64,000 nt of DNA from Pseudomonadota bacterium (GCA_039800105.1 JBDLRI010000110.1:3970-67969), one strand, 5' to 3'. Shown: positions 32,523 to 42,065, counted from the first letter of the stretch. Notes: generated by a model not told the origin, from the letters alone. Translations and numbers: made by a program.

Positions 32523-34472
32523 ATGCGTCGTCCGTGCGTGTTCCCCATACTGTGTGCCGTCGCCTGCGCAGGGCCGTCCCCGGGTGCGGAGACCGGACGA
32601 CCGGCCGCGGAGGGGCGCGCGTGTCCCGACCCGGGCCCACCACCGGAGATCGGCGCGTCGGGTGTCGCGACGGCGGGCATTCCGGCGGCCGGCCTCGTGG
32701 TCGCGGGCGGCGCGGGCGACATCACCTACGTCGGTTCGCACAGCTCCGGCCTGTGGCGTTCGATGCGCCCCGGCACCCCCTGGGTCGAGCTGCACACGCG
32801 GGTGATGCACGAGTACGGGGACCTCGCCGTCGATCCCGGCGATGGACGACGGATCGTGCACTCCTCGGGCGGAACCCTCGAGCGCAGCACGGACGCCGGC
32901 GAGACGTGGACGACCCTGCCCTTCGGCGGGATCGCCGCCACCCCGCAGCAGGGCACGGGGCTGGTGTTCGCCGTGGCGCGCGCGCCCTACGACCCACGCG
33001 AGCTGTGGGCCGTGACGCACCTCGGCCGCGTCGGAATCTCGACGGACGAGGGCGACACCTGGGTGGAGGAGCCGGGATTGCCGACACCCCCCTCCCAGGA
33101 CGGCTTCGGGGCGATCCGGTGGCGGATCCTTCCGCCCGCCGAACGCGGCGGCGCGGCGCTCATCGCGTACGACCACGGCGTGTGGCGCCGCGATCCCGCC
33201 ACCGGCACATGGGCCGGCGTCCTCGGGGAGCCCGTCGAGGGTGCCTCGATGGTGCGCGATCCGCGCGACCCCGCGCACCTCCTCGCCGGGGCATGGCAGA
33301 GCCGGGACGACGGGCTGACCTGGTCGCGACGCGGCGGACCCGCCTTCACGGCGCGTGCGGTGAACGACGCGGCCAGCCTGTGGGCCGGCGTCGACGACGC
33401 GCGGCTCTGGACCTCCACCGACGGCGTCGGCTTCACGGCGCGGAACGCCGGCGTCGGCCAGCCGCTCGGCGTGGCGTTCGTGGGCGACCGTCTCGTGGCC
33501 ACCGGCACCGCCGGCGTCGCGACGAGCGAGGACGGCGGCGTGACATGGACTGCGGACGACACCGACGTCATCGACGTGGGCATGGCCATCGTGGAGTCCG
33601 ACCCGGTGTGCCCGGGCGTGGTGTGGGCGGCCAGCCGTTGCGGCGGCGGCGTCTTCGTCTCCGAGGACTGGGGACGCTCCTGGACGCACCTGGGGGGCCC
33701 GCACCACTACGTCATGGACCTCGTCCTTCCCGAATCGGCGTCCTCCCCCGCGTGGATCGTGAGCGACGACATGCTCTGGCGCGGCGACGCCGCGACACGC
33801 AGCTTCGCGCCCGTGACGCGCGGCTACCACTACCACGGGTTCGCCGTGGATCCCGCCGACCCCGCGCGGCTGCTGCTCGGTTCCGTCGGGTCGGGTCAGT
33901 ACGCCGACACGAAGGCCACCATCTACCGGACGGAGGACGCCGGCACGACGTGGACCGCCACCACCGGCTACCCCGACACGCCGTCCAGCGCGCACGCGCT
34001 CGCCTGGGTCGCGCCCGACGTCGTGCTCGCGGGGTTCTTCAAGGGCGGCACCATCGCCCACGAGAACGGCCACGGCATCGGGCTGTGGCGCTCGGAGGAC
34101 GGCGGGCGCACCTGGACCGACTCCGGCCTGGCCGCGCGCGACGTGGCCGCGCTCGTCCACCACGAGGGCGTGACCTGGGCCGCCACCGAGCAGGGTCTGC
34201 AGCGCTCCGAGGACCTCGGTCGCAGCTGGACTGTGGCACGCGAGGGCGACACGCTCGCCGTCGCCGTGCGCGGGGACGACGTGCTGGCCCTGGACCGCGC
34301 GGGCGACGCGGTGGTGAGCAACGACGGCGGGAACGGGTGGCGCGTGGTGGCGAGCGGGCCGGGCGGCCCTGCGGCCTCCGACATCTCCCAGGTGGCGATC
34401 GACGCCAGCGGCGAGGTCGGGTGGGTCACGTTCTTCCGCCGCGGCGTGTGGGCGGTGCCGTTGCGACCCTGA
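32523..34472 (+). CDS. BNR/Asp-box repeat (VPS10/YCF48-like) lipoprotein
   Basis: Many S/TxDxGxTW repeats (STDAGETW, STDEGDTW, SEDGGVTW, SEDGGRTW); CAVAC lipobox. Confidence 0.8.
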   Translation: MRRPCVFPILCAVACAGPSPGAETGRPAAEGRACPDPGPPPEIGASGVATAGIPAAGLVVAGGAGDITYVGSHSSGLWRSMRPGTPWVELHTRVMHEYGDLAVDPGDGRRIVHSSGGTLERSTDAGETWTTLPFGGIAATPQQGTGLVFAVARAPYDPRELWAVTHLGRVGISTDEGDTWVEEPGLPTPPSQDGFGAIRWRILPPAERGGAALIAYDHGVWRRDPATGTWAGVLGEPVEGASMVRDPRDPAHLLAGAWQSRDDGLTWSRRGGPAFTARAVNDAASLWAGVDDARLWTSTDGVGFTARNAGVGQPLGVAFVGDRLVATGTAGVATSEDGGVTWTADDTDVIDVGMAIVESDPVCPGVVWAASRCGGGVFVSEDWGRSWTHLGGPHHYVMDLVLPESASSPAWIVSDDMLWRGDAATRSFAPVTRGYHYHGFAVDPADPARLLLGSVGSGQYADTKATIYRTEDAGTTWTATTGYPDTPSSAHALAWVAPDVVLAGFFKGGTIAHENGHGIGLWRSEDGGRTWTDSGLAARDVAALVHHEGVTWAATEQGLQRSEDLGRSWTVAREGDTLAVAVRGDDVLALDRAGDAVVSNDGGNGWRVVASGPGGPAASDISQVAIDASGEVGWVTFFRRGVWAVPLRP

Positions 34473-34525
34473 GCGGGTAGGCTTGCCCGGTCGGTACGCG
34501 AGGGCGCGTCCGCACGGGAGGCTTC

Positions 34526-35338
34526 ATGGCGATGGACGTGGTGGACTACGAGATCAAGGGCGCCGAGATGCAGTTCGTGGAGGTCGAGCTGGACCCCGGC
34601 GAGGCCGCGGTCGGCGAGGCCGGCAGCATGATGTTCATGGATTCTTCCGTCACCATGGACACGGTGTTCGGCGACGGGTCCGGCCAGGAGGGCGGCTTCC
34701 TCGGCAAGCTGCTCGGCGCGGGCAAGCGCCTCATCACCGGGGAGTCGCTCTTCACCACGGTCTACACGAACGGCGGCACCCGCAAGGTGCGGGTGGCGTT
34801 CGCGGCGCCCTACGCCGGCGCGATCCTGCCGATGGATCTGCACGCGCTGGGCGGCACGCTCATCTGCCAGAAGGACGCGTTCCTGTGCGCGGCCCGGGGC
34901 GTGTCGCTCGGACTGCACTTCCAGCAGAAGCTCTCCACCGGCTTCTTCGGCGGCGAGGGCTTCATCATGCAGAAGCTCGAGGGCGACGGCATGGCCTTCC
35001 TGCATGCCGGCGGCACGGTCGTCCAGCGGCAACTCCAGCCCGGTGAGACGCTGCTCGTCGACACCGGCTGCCTCGTGGCCTACCACCCGACGGTGAACTT
35101 CGAGATCCAGTACGTCGGCAAGATCAAGACCGCGCTCTTCGGTGGGGAGGGCCTGTTCTTCGCGAAGCTCACCGGGCCCGGCACCGTGTGGGTGCAGAGC
35201 CTGCCGTTCTCCCGGCTCGCCAGCCGCGTCTTCGCCGCGGCGCCGAAGGGCGGCGGCACGTCCCGCGAGGAGGGCAGCGTGCTCGGTGGCTTCGGCGCCG
35301 GCAGCCTGCTCGGCACCATGCTCGGCGGGGACGAGTAG
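34526..35338 (+). CDS. TIGR00266/AIM24 family protein
   Basis: MQFVEVELDPGEA, GESLF, GFFGGEGFIMQKL, GPGTVWVQSLP. Confidence 0.9.
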   Translation: MAMDVVDYEIKGAEMQFVEVELDPGEAAVGEAGSMMFMDSSVTMDTVFGDGSGQEGGFLGKLLGAGKRLITGESLFTTVYTNGGTRKVRVAFAAPYAGAILPMDLHALGGTLICQKDAFLCAARGVSLGLHFQQKLSTGFFGGEGFIMQKLEGDGMAFLHAGGTVVQRQLQPGETLLVDTGCLVAYHPTVNFEIQYVGKIKTALFGGEGLFFAKLTGPGTVWVQSLPFSRLASRVFAAAPKGGGTSREEGSVLGGFGAGSLLGTMLGGDE

Positions 35339-35350
35339 ACGGACGTGTCC

Positions 35351-35388
35351 TGGGGCGGGGGCCTGGGGCCGGCCCCCGCAACGCCCCC
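35351..35388 (-). repeat. Palindromic repeat family copy 4 (intergenic)
   Basis: Minus strand GGGGGCGTT-GCGGGGGCC-GGCCCCA-GGCCCCCGC-CCCA. Confidence 0.85.
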
Positions 35389-35453
35389 GGCCCGGTGCGC
35401 GCGGGCACCGAACCGTCGGATGTCGGCGGCCGTCGGCGGAGATACCCTTCGGC

Positions 35454-36458
35454 ATGGCGCCGTCCTCACCTCCGCCCGCTCCGCGCGGAACCGTGCTCCT
35501 CTCGGGCGCCACCGGCTTCGTCGGGCGCGCGGTCGCCGTCCCCCTCGAACGCGCCGGCTGGCACGTGCGCCGCGGCACGCGGGACGTGAAGCGCGCACGC
35601 CAGCGCACGCCGCATGCCGACTGGGTCGCGCTCGACGTCGACGAACCGGCCTCCGTGGCCGCCGCGATGCAAGGCTGCGACGCGGCGGTGTACCTGGTGC
35701 ACGGCATGGGCGGGCATGCCGAGGACTTCCGGCGCGCCGAGGTCCGGCAGGCCGAGACCTTCCGCCTCGCCGCGGAGCGCGCCGGCGTGCGCCGCGTCGT
35801 GTACCTGGGCGGGGTGGCCGCGCCGCGGGACGCCTCGGAGCACCTGCGCAGCCGGGAGGACGTGGGGCGCGTCCTGCGCGCGGGAGCGGTGTCGACCGTC
35901 GAGCTGCGTGCCAGCATGATCATCGGGCACGGGAGCCTGAGCTGGCAAATCGTACGCGACCTCGCGGCGCGCCTTCCGGTGATGGTTCTGCCGCGATGGC
36001 TCGAATCCCGCACACAGCCCGTGGCCATCGCGGACATCGTCGACGCGATCGTGGGCGCGCTCGAGCTCGGGCAGGACGGCAGCGCGTGGCACGACGTGCC
36101 GGGCCCCGAGATCCTATCGGGGCGGGAGATCCTCGAGCGCACCGCGGCCGTCATGGGCCTGCGGCCGCCGCTGATGGTCGAGGTGCCGCTCCTCACGCCG
36201 CGCCTGTCCTCGCACTGGGTGCGCCTGGTCACGGCCGCGGACTGGGCCGTGGCCCGGGAGCTCGTGGTGGGGCTCACCACCGACCTGCTCGCCCGCGACG
36301 CCGACTACTGGCGCCGCATCGACCACCCGACCCTGATCCCGTTCGATGACGCCGCGCGCGCCGCGTTGGCGGTCGAGCGGCGCGAGGGCCCCGTGCGCGG
36401 AGCCTGGGGTGCCGTCGAGCGCGTGCTCGTGCGCGCGCCCGGAGCGGTCGGCCGTTGA
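35454..36458 (+). CDS. NAD(P)-binding atypical SDR (YbjT-like)
   Basis: LLSGATGFVG, YLVH, SEHLRSR, LRASMIIG.GS, TQPVAIAD. Confidence 0.85.
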   Translation: MAPSSPPPAPRGTVLLSGATGFVGRAVAVPLERAGWHVRRGTRDVKRARQRTPHADWVALDVDEPASVAAAMQGCDAAVYLVHGMGGHAEDFRRAEVRQAETFRLAAERAGVRRVVYLGGVAAPRDASEHLRSREDVGRVLRAGAVSTVELRASMIIGHGSLSWQIVRDLAARLPVMVLPRWLESRTQPVAIADIVDAIVGALELGQDGSAWHDVPGPEILSGREILERTAAVMGLRPPLMVEVPLLTPRLSSHWVRLVTAADWAVARELVVGLTTDLLARDADYWRRIDHPTLIPFDDAARAALAVERREGPVRGAWGAVERVLVRAPGAVGR

Positions 36459-37093
36459 GCCACGCGACCGCGTCGGCACCGGCGCACCCCCGCCGCACGT
36501 GGGGGTTCGCCGGCGCGCTGGTGCTCGCGTGGGCTGCGGCCGCGGCCGCCGCCCGCGTGGTCGGCGTGTGGATGGCGATCGGGCCCATGGCGGTGCTGCT
36601 GGCAGTCCTCACGCTGCGCGCGGTCGGAGGCTCCCGCACGGGGGCGCCCTGGCTGCGCGGCGCGCTCGCGTGGGGCGTACCGGCCGGCGGGGTCATGGTC
36701 GCCGGGACCTACCTGCTGCACGGACCCGTCACGGCGGCGCTGCCGTGGCTGCGCGAAGACATCGCGGGGCTCTATGCCGCCTTCGACGGGCCGGGCCGCG
36801 CGTTCGCCGCGGTGGCGATGCCGGTCGTGGTCGTCTGCGAGGAGATCGTGTGGCGGGGGGCGGTGTACGCGGCGCTCCCGGCCGGCCTCGGGCACGCGGC
36901 GCGCGTGGGCCTCGTGACGCTGCTCTACGCGGCCGCGCACGCCCCGCTCGGCTCCCCCGGGCTGGCCATGGCGTGCGTGGGGGCGGGCGCGTGCTGGGCC
37001 GCCCTGCGCGCGGTGACCGGGCAACTGGCGCCCGTGGTCGTGGCGCACCTGATCTGGGACGCGGTCGTGCTGCTCTGGTTCCCGCTCGCGTAG
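36455..37093 (+). CDS. CPBP (CAAX/Abi) intramembrane glutamic endopeptidase
   Basis: EEIVWRG, YAAAH, AHLIWD motifs. Confidence 0.85.
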   Translation: MSHATASAPAHPRRTWGFAGALVLAWAAAAAAARVVGVWMAIGPMAVLLAVLTLRAVGGSRTGAPWLRGALAWGVPAGGVMVAGTYLLHGPVTAALPWLREDIAGLYAAFDGPGRAFAAVAMPVVVVCEEIVWRGAVYAALPAGLGHAARVGLVTLLYAAAHAPLGSPGLAMACVGAGACWAALRAVTGQLAPVVVAHLIWDAVVLLWFPLA

Positions 37094-37103
37094 GCGCCCG
37101 GGG

Positions 37104-38153
37104 TCAGAGCATCCAGCTCAGGAGCACGGCGGCCTGGACCGGTTCGCGATTTCCCGCCTGCGGGATGACGCGGCTCTTCGGCCCGTCGAGCACCTCGTCG
37201 GTGACGATGACGTTGCGCCGCACCGGCAGGCAGTGCAGGAACGCGCCGGCGCGCTCCATCCGCGCCGCGTCCACCGTCCAGTGCCCCAGGCCCGCGACGC
37301 GCGCGGCGTGCGTCTCGCGGTCGCCCGCGCTCCAGCCCTTCGCGTAGACCGCCAGCGCGCCGTCGGCCGCGGAGGCCTGATCGCGCGTGACGGTGATGCG
37401 GGCGCCGGTGTCCGCGCAGAAGCTCTCGGCCCGCTCCAGCTCGCCGCGGTGCAGGTCGAAGCCCTCCGGGCACGCGATGTGGAGGTCCGCGCCGCCGAGC
37501 ACGGCCGCGCGCACCACGGACAGCGGCACCGCCTGCGGCAGCGGGCGCGGGTGCGGCGCCCAGGTCAGACACACCTTGCGGCCCTTGAACCCGCCGCCGC
37601 CGAGATCGGAGAGCGTTAGCTGGTCGGCGAGGCCCTGGCACGGATGCGCGAGGGCGCTCTCGAGGTTGATGAGCGGCGCGCTGGCGTAGGCGCCGAACTT
37701 GCGCATGACCTGCTCCTCGTGGTCGAGGTCGGCGCTCTTGGGGAACGCGCGCACCGCGAGCACGTCGGCGTAGGTGCTCAGCACCGGCGCGGCTTCCCGG
37801 ATGTGCTCGGCGGCGGCGCCGTTCATCACCACGCCGTCCTCGTACTCGAGCGCCCAGGTGCCGGAGCCGCCCTGCAGGTACACGAAGTGCGCCCCGAGGC
37901 GGCCGGTGGCGACCTCCATGCTCGTGTGGGTACGCAGGCTCGGGTCGAAGAACAGCCCCGCCACCGCGCGCCCACCGAGCAGGCGCATGCGGCCGATCTC
38001 GAGGCGGTTCGCGCGGTAGAGCCGGGCGAGGTCGAGGAGCGCCGCGGTGCCTTCGTGGCCGGGCTCCAGCCCGTCGAGGAAGCGGATGCCCTTCCAGTGC
38101 TGGCGGACCCGCGCGACGGCGGCGTGGAGGCGGCTCTCGAGGGTGGTCGACAT
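37104..38153 (-). CDS. argF': N-acyl-ornithine carbamoyltransferase (ArgF'; specificity residue suggests N-succinyl)
   Basis: PSLRT, EHIREAA, NLESA..HPCQ, TWAPHPRPLPQAV loop and HCLPVRRN, all characteristic of AOTCase/SOTCase. Confidence 0.88.
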   Translation of the reverse strand: MSTTLESRLHAAVARVRQHWKGIRFLDGLEPGHEGTAALLDLARLYRANRLEIGRMRLLGGRAVAGLFFDPSLRTHTSMEVATGRLGAHFVYLQGGSGTWALEYEDGVVMNGAAAEHIREAAPVLSTYADVLAVRAFPKSADLDHEEQVMRKFGAYASAPLINLESALAHPCQGLADQLTLSDLGGGGFKGRKVCLTWAPHPRPLPQAVPLSVVRAAVLGGADLHIACPEGFDLHRGELERAESFCADTGARITVTRDQASAADGALAVYAKGWSAGDRETHAARVAGLGHWTVDAARMERAGAFLHCLPVRRNVIVTDEVLDGPKSRVIPQAGNREPVQAAVLLSWML

Positions 38154-38162
38154 GGGGGACAC

Positions 38163-39128
38163 CTAGGGAAACGGGGGGATCACGCGGAGGCCGAGGTCGT
38201 AGTCCCAGCCCATCGCGAGGTTGAGGTTCGCCACGGCCTGGCTTCCCGCGCCGCGGCAAAGGTTGTCGATGGCGCAGAACACCACCGCGCGCCCGTCCCG
38301 CTCGACGACGGCGACGTCCGCGCGCGGGGACCCGACCACGCCGAGCAGGTCCGGCGGGGCGTCGAGCACGCGCACGAGCGGGTTGCCGGCGTAGAACGAC
38401 CGCCACGCCGACGTGGTGGCACCGGGGAGCGGCACGCTGACGAGGATGCCGCGGCGCAGCGGGGCGCTCATCGGCACGAAGTCCAGCGCGAAGCCGCCGC
38501 CGAGCGCCTGCACCACCTCGGGGACGTGCTGGTGCGCGAGGACCTTGTACGGGCGCAGGTTCTCGTCGCGCACCGGGTGGTGGGTCGTGTCGGTGGGCTT
38601 GTTGCCGCTGCCGGTCGAGCCGGTCAGTCCGGTGGCGTGCACCACGGCCGGGAGTGCGCCGCGGCCAGGCAGGAGCGCGAGCGCGAGCGCCGTCGCGAAG
38701 CAGCCCGGGTTGGCGATGCGCGTGGCGCCGCGCACCCGTTCGAAGCCCAGCTCCGGCAGGCCGTAGACCCACGCGGCGTGGGGACGCTCGAAGCCGTACC
38801 ACCGCAGGTGCGCCGCGGCGTCCTCCAGCCGATGGTCGCCCGAGAGGTCGATGACCGTGCCGGACCAGTCGGACGCGCGCCGCGCCGCCTCGCCGTGCGG
38901 CAGGCACACGAAGGTCACGTCGGCCGGGACCGGCTCCGCGGTGAGCACCACGTCGGTGTGCCCCGCCAGCTGCGGCCACACCGCGGCGAGCGGCTTTCCC
39001 GCGTGGCTCTGCGCCGTGGCGCCCACGAGCCGCAGGCGCGGGTGGCCCAGCACCCAGCGCAGGGTCTCGGCGCCGGTGTAGCCGGTCGCGCCGACCACGC
39101 AGACGGCCAGGGTCCCGGTCATCGCCAT
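38163..39128 (-). CDS. argC: N-acetyl-gamma-glutamyl-phosphate reductase
   Basis: GATGYTG, CLPHG, DLSGDHRL, ANPGCFAT, DNLCRGAGSQA. Confidence 0.93.
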   Translation of the reverse strand: MAMTGTLAVCVVGATGYTGAETLRWVLGHPRLRLVGATAQSHAGKPLAAVWPQLAGHTDVVLTAEPVPADVTFVCLPHGEAARRASDWSGTVIDLSGDHRLEDAAAHLRWYGFERPHAAWVYGLPELGFERVRGATRIANPGCFATALALALLPGRGALPAVVHATGLTGSTGSGNKPTDTTHHPVRDENLRPYKVLAHQHVPEVVQALGGGFALDFVPMSAPLRRGILVSVPLPGATTSAWRSFYAGNPLVRVLDAPPDLLGVVGSPRADVAVVERDGRAVVFCAIDNLCRGAGSQAVANLNLAMGWDYDLGLRVIPPFP

Positions 39129-39129
39129 C

Positions 39130-40179
39130 TCAGCGGAGCGCGTCGGCGACGGTCTGCGCGAGCGCGTCCCCGGCCGTGCGGGCGTTGACGGCGGGCACGC
39201 CGAGCTTGCGCTCGATGAACGTGCGACCCACGGCGTTGTCGGTGGTCGGACCCGTCACGACGGTGAGTCCGATGCCGAGCGCGTCGCGCAGGAACGTCGC
39301 GGCCCCCCAGGCGCCGACGGGATCGTTCGCGCACATGACGTGCACCTTCGCGGGCGCGACGAGGTCCGGGGTCTGCAGGATCTCGAAGACTCCGTACTCA
39401 CCCATGATCCCGTCGCCGAGCTCGATGACGAGGCAGTCGAGCTTCTCGCCCCGGGCCGGGTCGTTGAGGGCCTGGAGCAGCGCGCGGGCCACCGGCGGGG
39501 CGCTCTCCGGGCGGGTCGACACGATGCCGGCGTCGTTGAAGTTGAAGGCGCGGACGGCGCCGACGTCCTCCATCTTCAGCGTGTCGCGCCGCAGGCTCAC
39601 GCCCGTCAGCTTCGCCGCGCCGACGCGCAGCCCGCGGCGGGTCAGCCCGCGGATGATCTCGCACGCCGCGAAGGTCTTGCCGGCGTTCATGCACGTGCCC
39701 GACACGTAGACGATGGGCACGCTGGACTCCACCCGCTCGCAGGCCGGGAGCGCGTTGGTGCGGATCGTCGCCGGGACGCCGCGGCGCTCGCCGAGGTGCG
39801 GGAAGGCGAGCACCTGGCCCAGCACCTCGACACGGCACGGCGGGCCGACGTCGGGGTTCGCGCTCGTGCACTGCCCGATCACGCCGCCGAGGTTGAGCAG
39901 GTGAAGGGTGTCGCCCGGCTTCACGCTCTCGGGGATGATGCCGCTGTAGCCGTGCAGCGCACGGCGCTCGCCGAGCACGCCGGCGACGATGTCGCCCTCG
40001 TTCACGGTGGCCATGCGGCCGTGGCAGTCCTCCAGCTCGTTGTAGGTGCTCTTCCGCTCGAGCGCCCGCACCGCGAGGATGGAGCCCTCGGCCGCGATGA
40101 TTTGCCCGGTGAGCGTGACCTCGCGGGAGAGGGCCGCGTTGCGCGTGGCCGACGCGATCTTGTCGAGGCGGACCTTCAC
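39130..40179 (-). CDS. Uncharacterised P-loop protein, DUF1611-like, inside the arg operon
   Basis: GTG overlaps the argG stop. GDIVAGVLGERRALHGYSG, GGVIG, SGTCMNAGKT, AAKLTG...D, IELGDG, DPVGAWG motifs. Confidence 0.75.
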   Translation of the reverse strand: MKVRLDKIASATRNAALSREVTLTGQIIAAEGSILAVRALERKSTYNELEDCHGRMATVNEGDIVAGVLGERRALHGYSGIIPESVKPGDTLHLLNLGGVIGQCTSANPDVGPPCRVEVLGQVLAFPHLGERRGVPATIRTNALPACERVESSVPIVYVSGTCMNAGKTFAACEIIRGLTRRGLRVGAAKLTGVSLRRDTLKMEDVGAVRAFNFNDAGIVSTRPESAPPVARALLQALNDPARGEKLDCLVIELGDGIMGEYGVFEILQTPDLVAPAKVHVMCANDPVGAWGAATFLRDALGIGLTVVTGPTTDNAVGRTFIERKLGVPAVNARTAGDALAQTVADALR

Positions 40180-41363
40180 GACGATGCCTTCGCGGCGCGG
40201 ACCTGCGCGCGGGCCGCCAGGACGCCCTGGAGCCCGTAGACGGCGCTGAAGCCGCGCGCATCCTGGGCGCTCCAGAGGCCGTTCTCCTCGCCGTAGCGTC
40301 CCGCCTCGTCGTCCATGAGCGAGTAGGGGCTGCGCACGCCGCGCACCTCCACGCGGCCCTGCTCGAGGTGCACGCGCACCTCGCCGGTCACGACGCGCTG
40401 GCTGCTCGTCAGGAACGCCTCGATGTCCCGCATCACGGGGTCGAAGTAGTGACCCTCGTGCAGGAGCATGCCGTAGAGCGTGCCGAGCTGCTCCTTCTGC
40501 CACAGCTGCATCCGCGTGAGCACGAGCTTCTCCAGCTCGCGGTGCGCGTCGATGAGGATGGCGGCGGCGGGCGCCTCGAAGGCCACGCGGCCCTTGATGC
40601 CGAGGATGGTGTCGCCGAGGTGCATCCCGCGGCCCACGCCGTGCGCGGCGCCCAGCGTGTTGAGCGCCTCGACCTGCGCCAGCCCGCCGTCCACGTCGCC
40701 CTGCTCGAAGCGGACGACCACGTCGGTGCCGCCGGCGGGCGCGGAGGCCGGACTCGTGGTGGTGACCCACGCGTGCTCCGGCAGGTACGCCCAGGCGTCG
40801 TGGGTCTCGCGACCGCCGATGGTGACGCCCCACAACCCTTGGTTGACGCTGTAGTCGCGCTTCTCGGCGGACACCGGGAAGCCCTGCGCGGTGAGGAACG
40901 CCGCGGACTGCGCGCGGGTGATGCGCTCGTCGCGGATGGGCGTGAGGATGCGCGCCCCGGGCAGGAGCGTGCGGATCGCCACGTCGAAGCGGATCTGGTC
41001 GTTGCCGGCGCCCGTGGAGCCGTGGGCCACGGCGTCCGCACCGATCTCGCGCGCCATCTCGGCGACCGCCTGCGCCTGCACGACGCGCTCGGCGCCCACG
41101 CACAGCGGGTAGACGCCGCCGCGGCGCACGTTGGCCTTCACGAGCCACGCCACGTGCTGGCGGTACACGCGCTCGCGCGCGTCCACGAGGCGGAAGTCCG
41201 CTGCGCCCAGCTCGGTGGCGCGCTGCGCGATGGCGGCGCGGGCCGCGTCGTCCAGGCCGCCGGTGTCGACGGTCACGACCGTCACGCGGTGCCCCTCGGC
41301 GACGAATCGCCGGAGGAGGTAGGACGTGTCGAGCCCGCCGGAGAAGGCGAGGAGCAGGTTCAT
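40176..41363 (-). CDS. argG: Argininosuccinate synthase
   Basis: LAFSGGLDTS, AHGSTGAGNDQIRF, GIKGRVAFEAP. Confidence 0.95.
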   Translation of the reverse strand: MNLLLAFSGGLDTSYLLRRFVAEGHRVTVVTVDTGGLDDAARAAIAQRATELGAADFRLVDARERVYRQHVAWLVKANVRRGGVYPLCVGAERVVQAQAVAEMAREIGADAVAHGSTGAGNDQIRFDVAIRTLLPGARILTPIRDERITRAQSAAFLTAQGFPVSAEKRDYSVNQGLWGVTIGGRETHDAWAYLPEHAWVTTTSPASAPAGGTDVVVRFEQGDVDGGLAQVEALNTLGAAHGVGRGMHLGDTILGIKGRVAFEAPAAAILIDAHRELEKLVLTRMQLWQKEQLGTLYGMLLHEGHYFDPVMRDIEAFLTSSQRVVTGEVRVHLEQGRVEVRGVRSPYSLMDDEAGRYGEENGLWSAQDARGFSAVYGLQGVLAARAQVRAAKASS

Positions 41364-41439
41364 CGGAGGGTCCCCCCTGGTTCGGACCCCCGCGTCTATC
41401 GGATGGGTCGGGGTGTGCAACGTTGCGTCGTCAAGTCCC

Positions 41440-41478
41440 TGGGGCGGGGGCGTCAGGCCACGCCCCCGCAACGCCCCC
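41440..41478 (-). repeat. Palindromic repeat family copy 5 (between mntP and argG)
   Basis: Minus strand GGGGGCGTT-GCGGGGGCGT-GGCCTG-ACGCCCCCGC-CCCA. Confidence 0.85.
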
Positions 41479-41498
41479 GGCCCGCGCGCCCTCGTGCG

Positions 41499-42056
41499 TC
41501 ACACGGCGAGGTGCAGCCACAGCACCCGGGCCCCGAGGCCGACCAGCACGGCGCCGCCGAGCTTCTCCAGGTGCCCGCCGGCGGCGGCCGCCACGCGCTG
41601 CGCGAGCAGGAGGGCGCTGCCGCTCAGGACGGCGGTCACCACGCCGATGGTGGCCAGCGACAGCGCGAACGGCGCGTTCATGAGCGGCAGGCTCACGCCG
41701 GCCGCGAGCGCGTCGATGCTGGTCGCGACCGCGAGCGGCAGGAGCGCCGTCCACCCGAGGCGGGAATCCGAGGGTTCCCCGTCGGCTTCGTCCCCGCCGC
41801 GGAGCATGCGCACGCCGAGCCCCGCGAGGAGCACGGCGGCGATCCACGGGCTCCACCGTGCCGCCACGCCTCCCAGCGCCACGCCGCCCCACCAGCCGAG
41901 CGCCGGCATGAGGGCCTGGAACCCGCCGAACAGGACTCCGACGCGCAGGGCCTCGCGGGGGCCGCACCCCGTCGCTGCGAGTCCGCGCGCCGCAGCGACC
42001 GCGACGGCGTCCATGGCGAGCGCGACGGCCAGGGCCACGATGGCGACGAACGACAT
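41499..42056 (-). CDS. mntP: Manganese efflux pump MntP
   Basis: LAMDAVAV, FGGFQALMP, ATSIDALAAG, EKLGG motifs. Confidence 0.9.
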   Translation of the reverse strand: MSFVAIVALAVALAMDAVAVAAARGLAATGCGPREALRVGVLFGGFQALMPALGWWGGVALGGVAARWSPWIAAVLLAGLGVRMLRGGDEADGEPSDSRLGWTALLPLAVATSIDALAAGVSLPLMNAPFALSLATIGVVTAVLSGSALLLAQRVAAAAGGHLEKLGGAVLVGLGARVLWLHLAV

Positions 42057-42065
42057 GGCGCGCGG

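Noticed and set aside
41417-41436. GCAACGTTGC palindrome next to a TTGACG -35-like hexamer upstream of argG as an ARG box
   Set aside because: It does not match the AT-rich ArgR consensus, is a single copy and has no well-spaced -10. Too weak to call.
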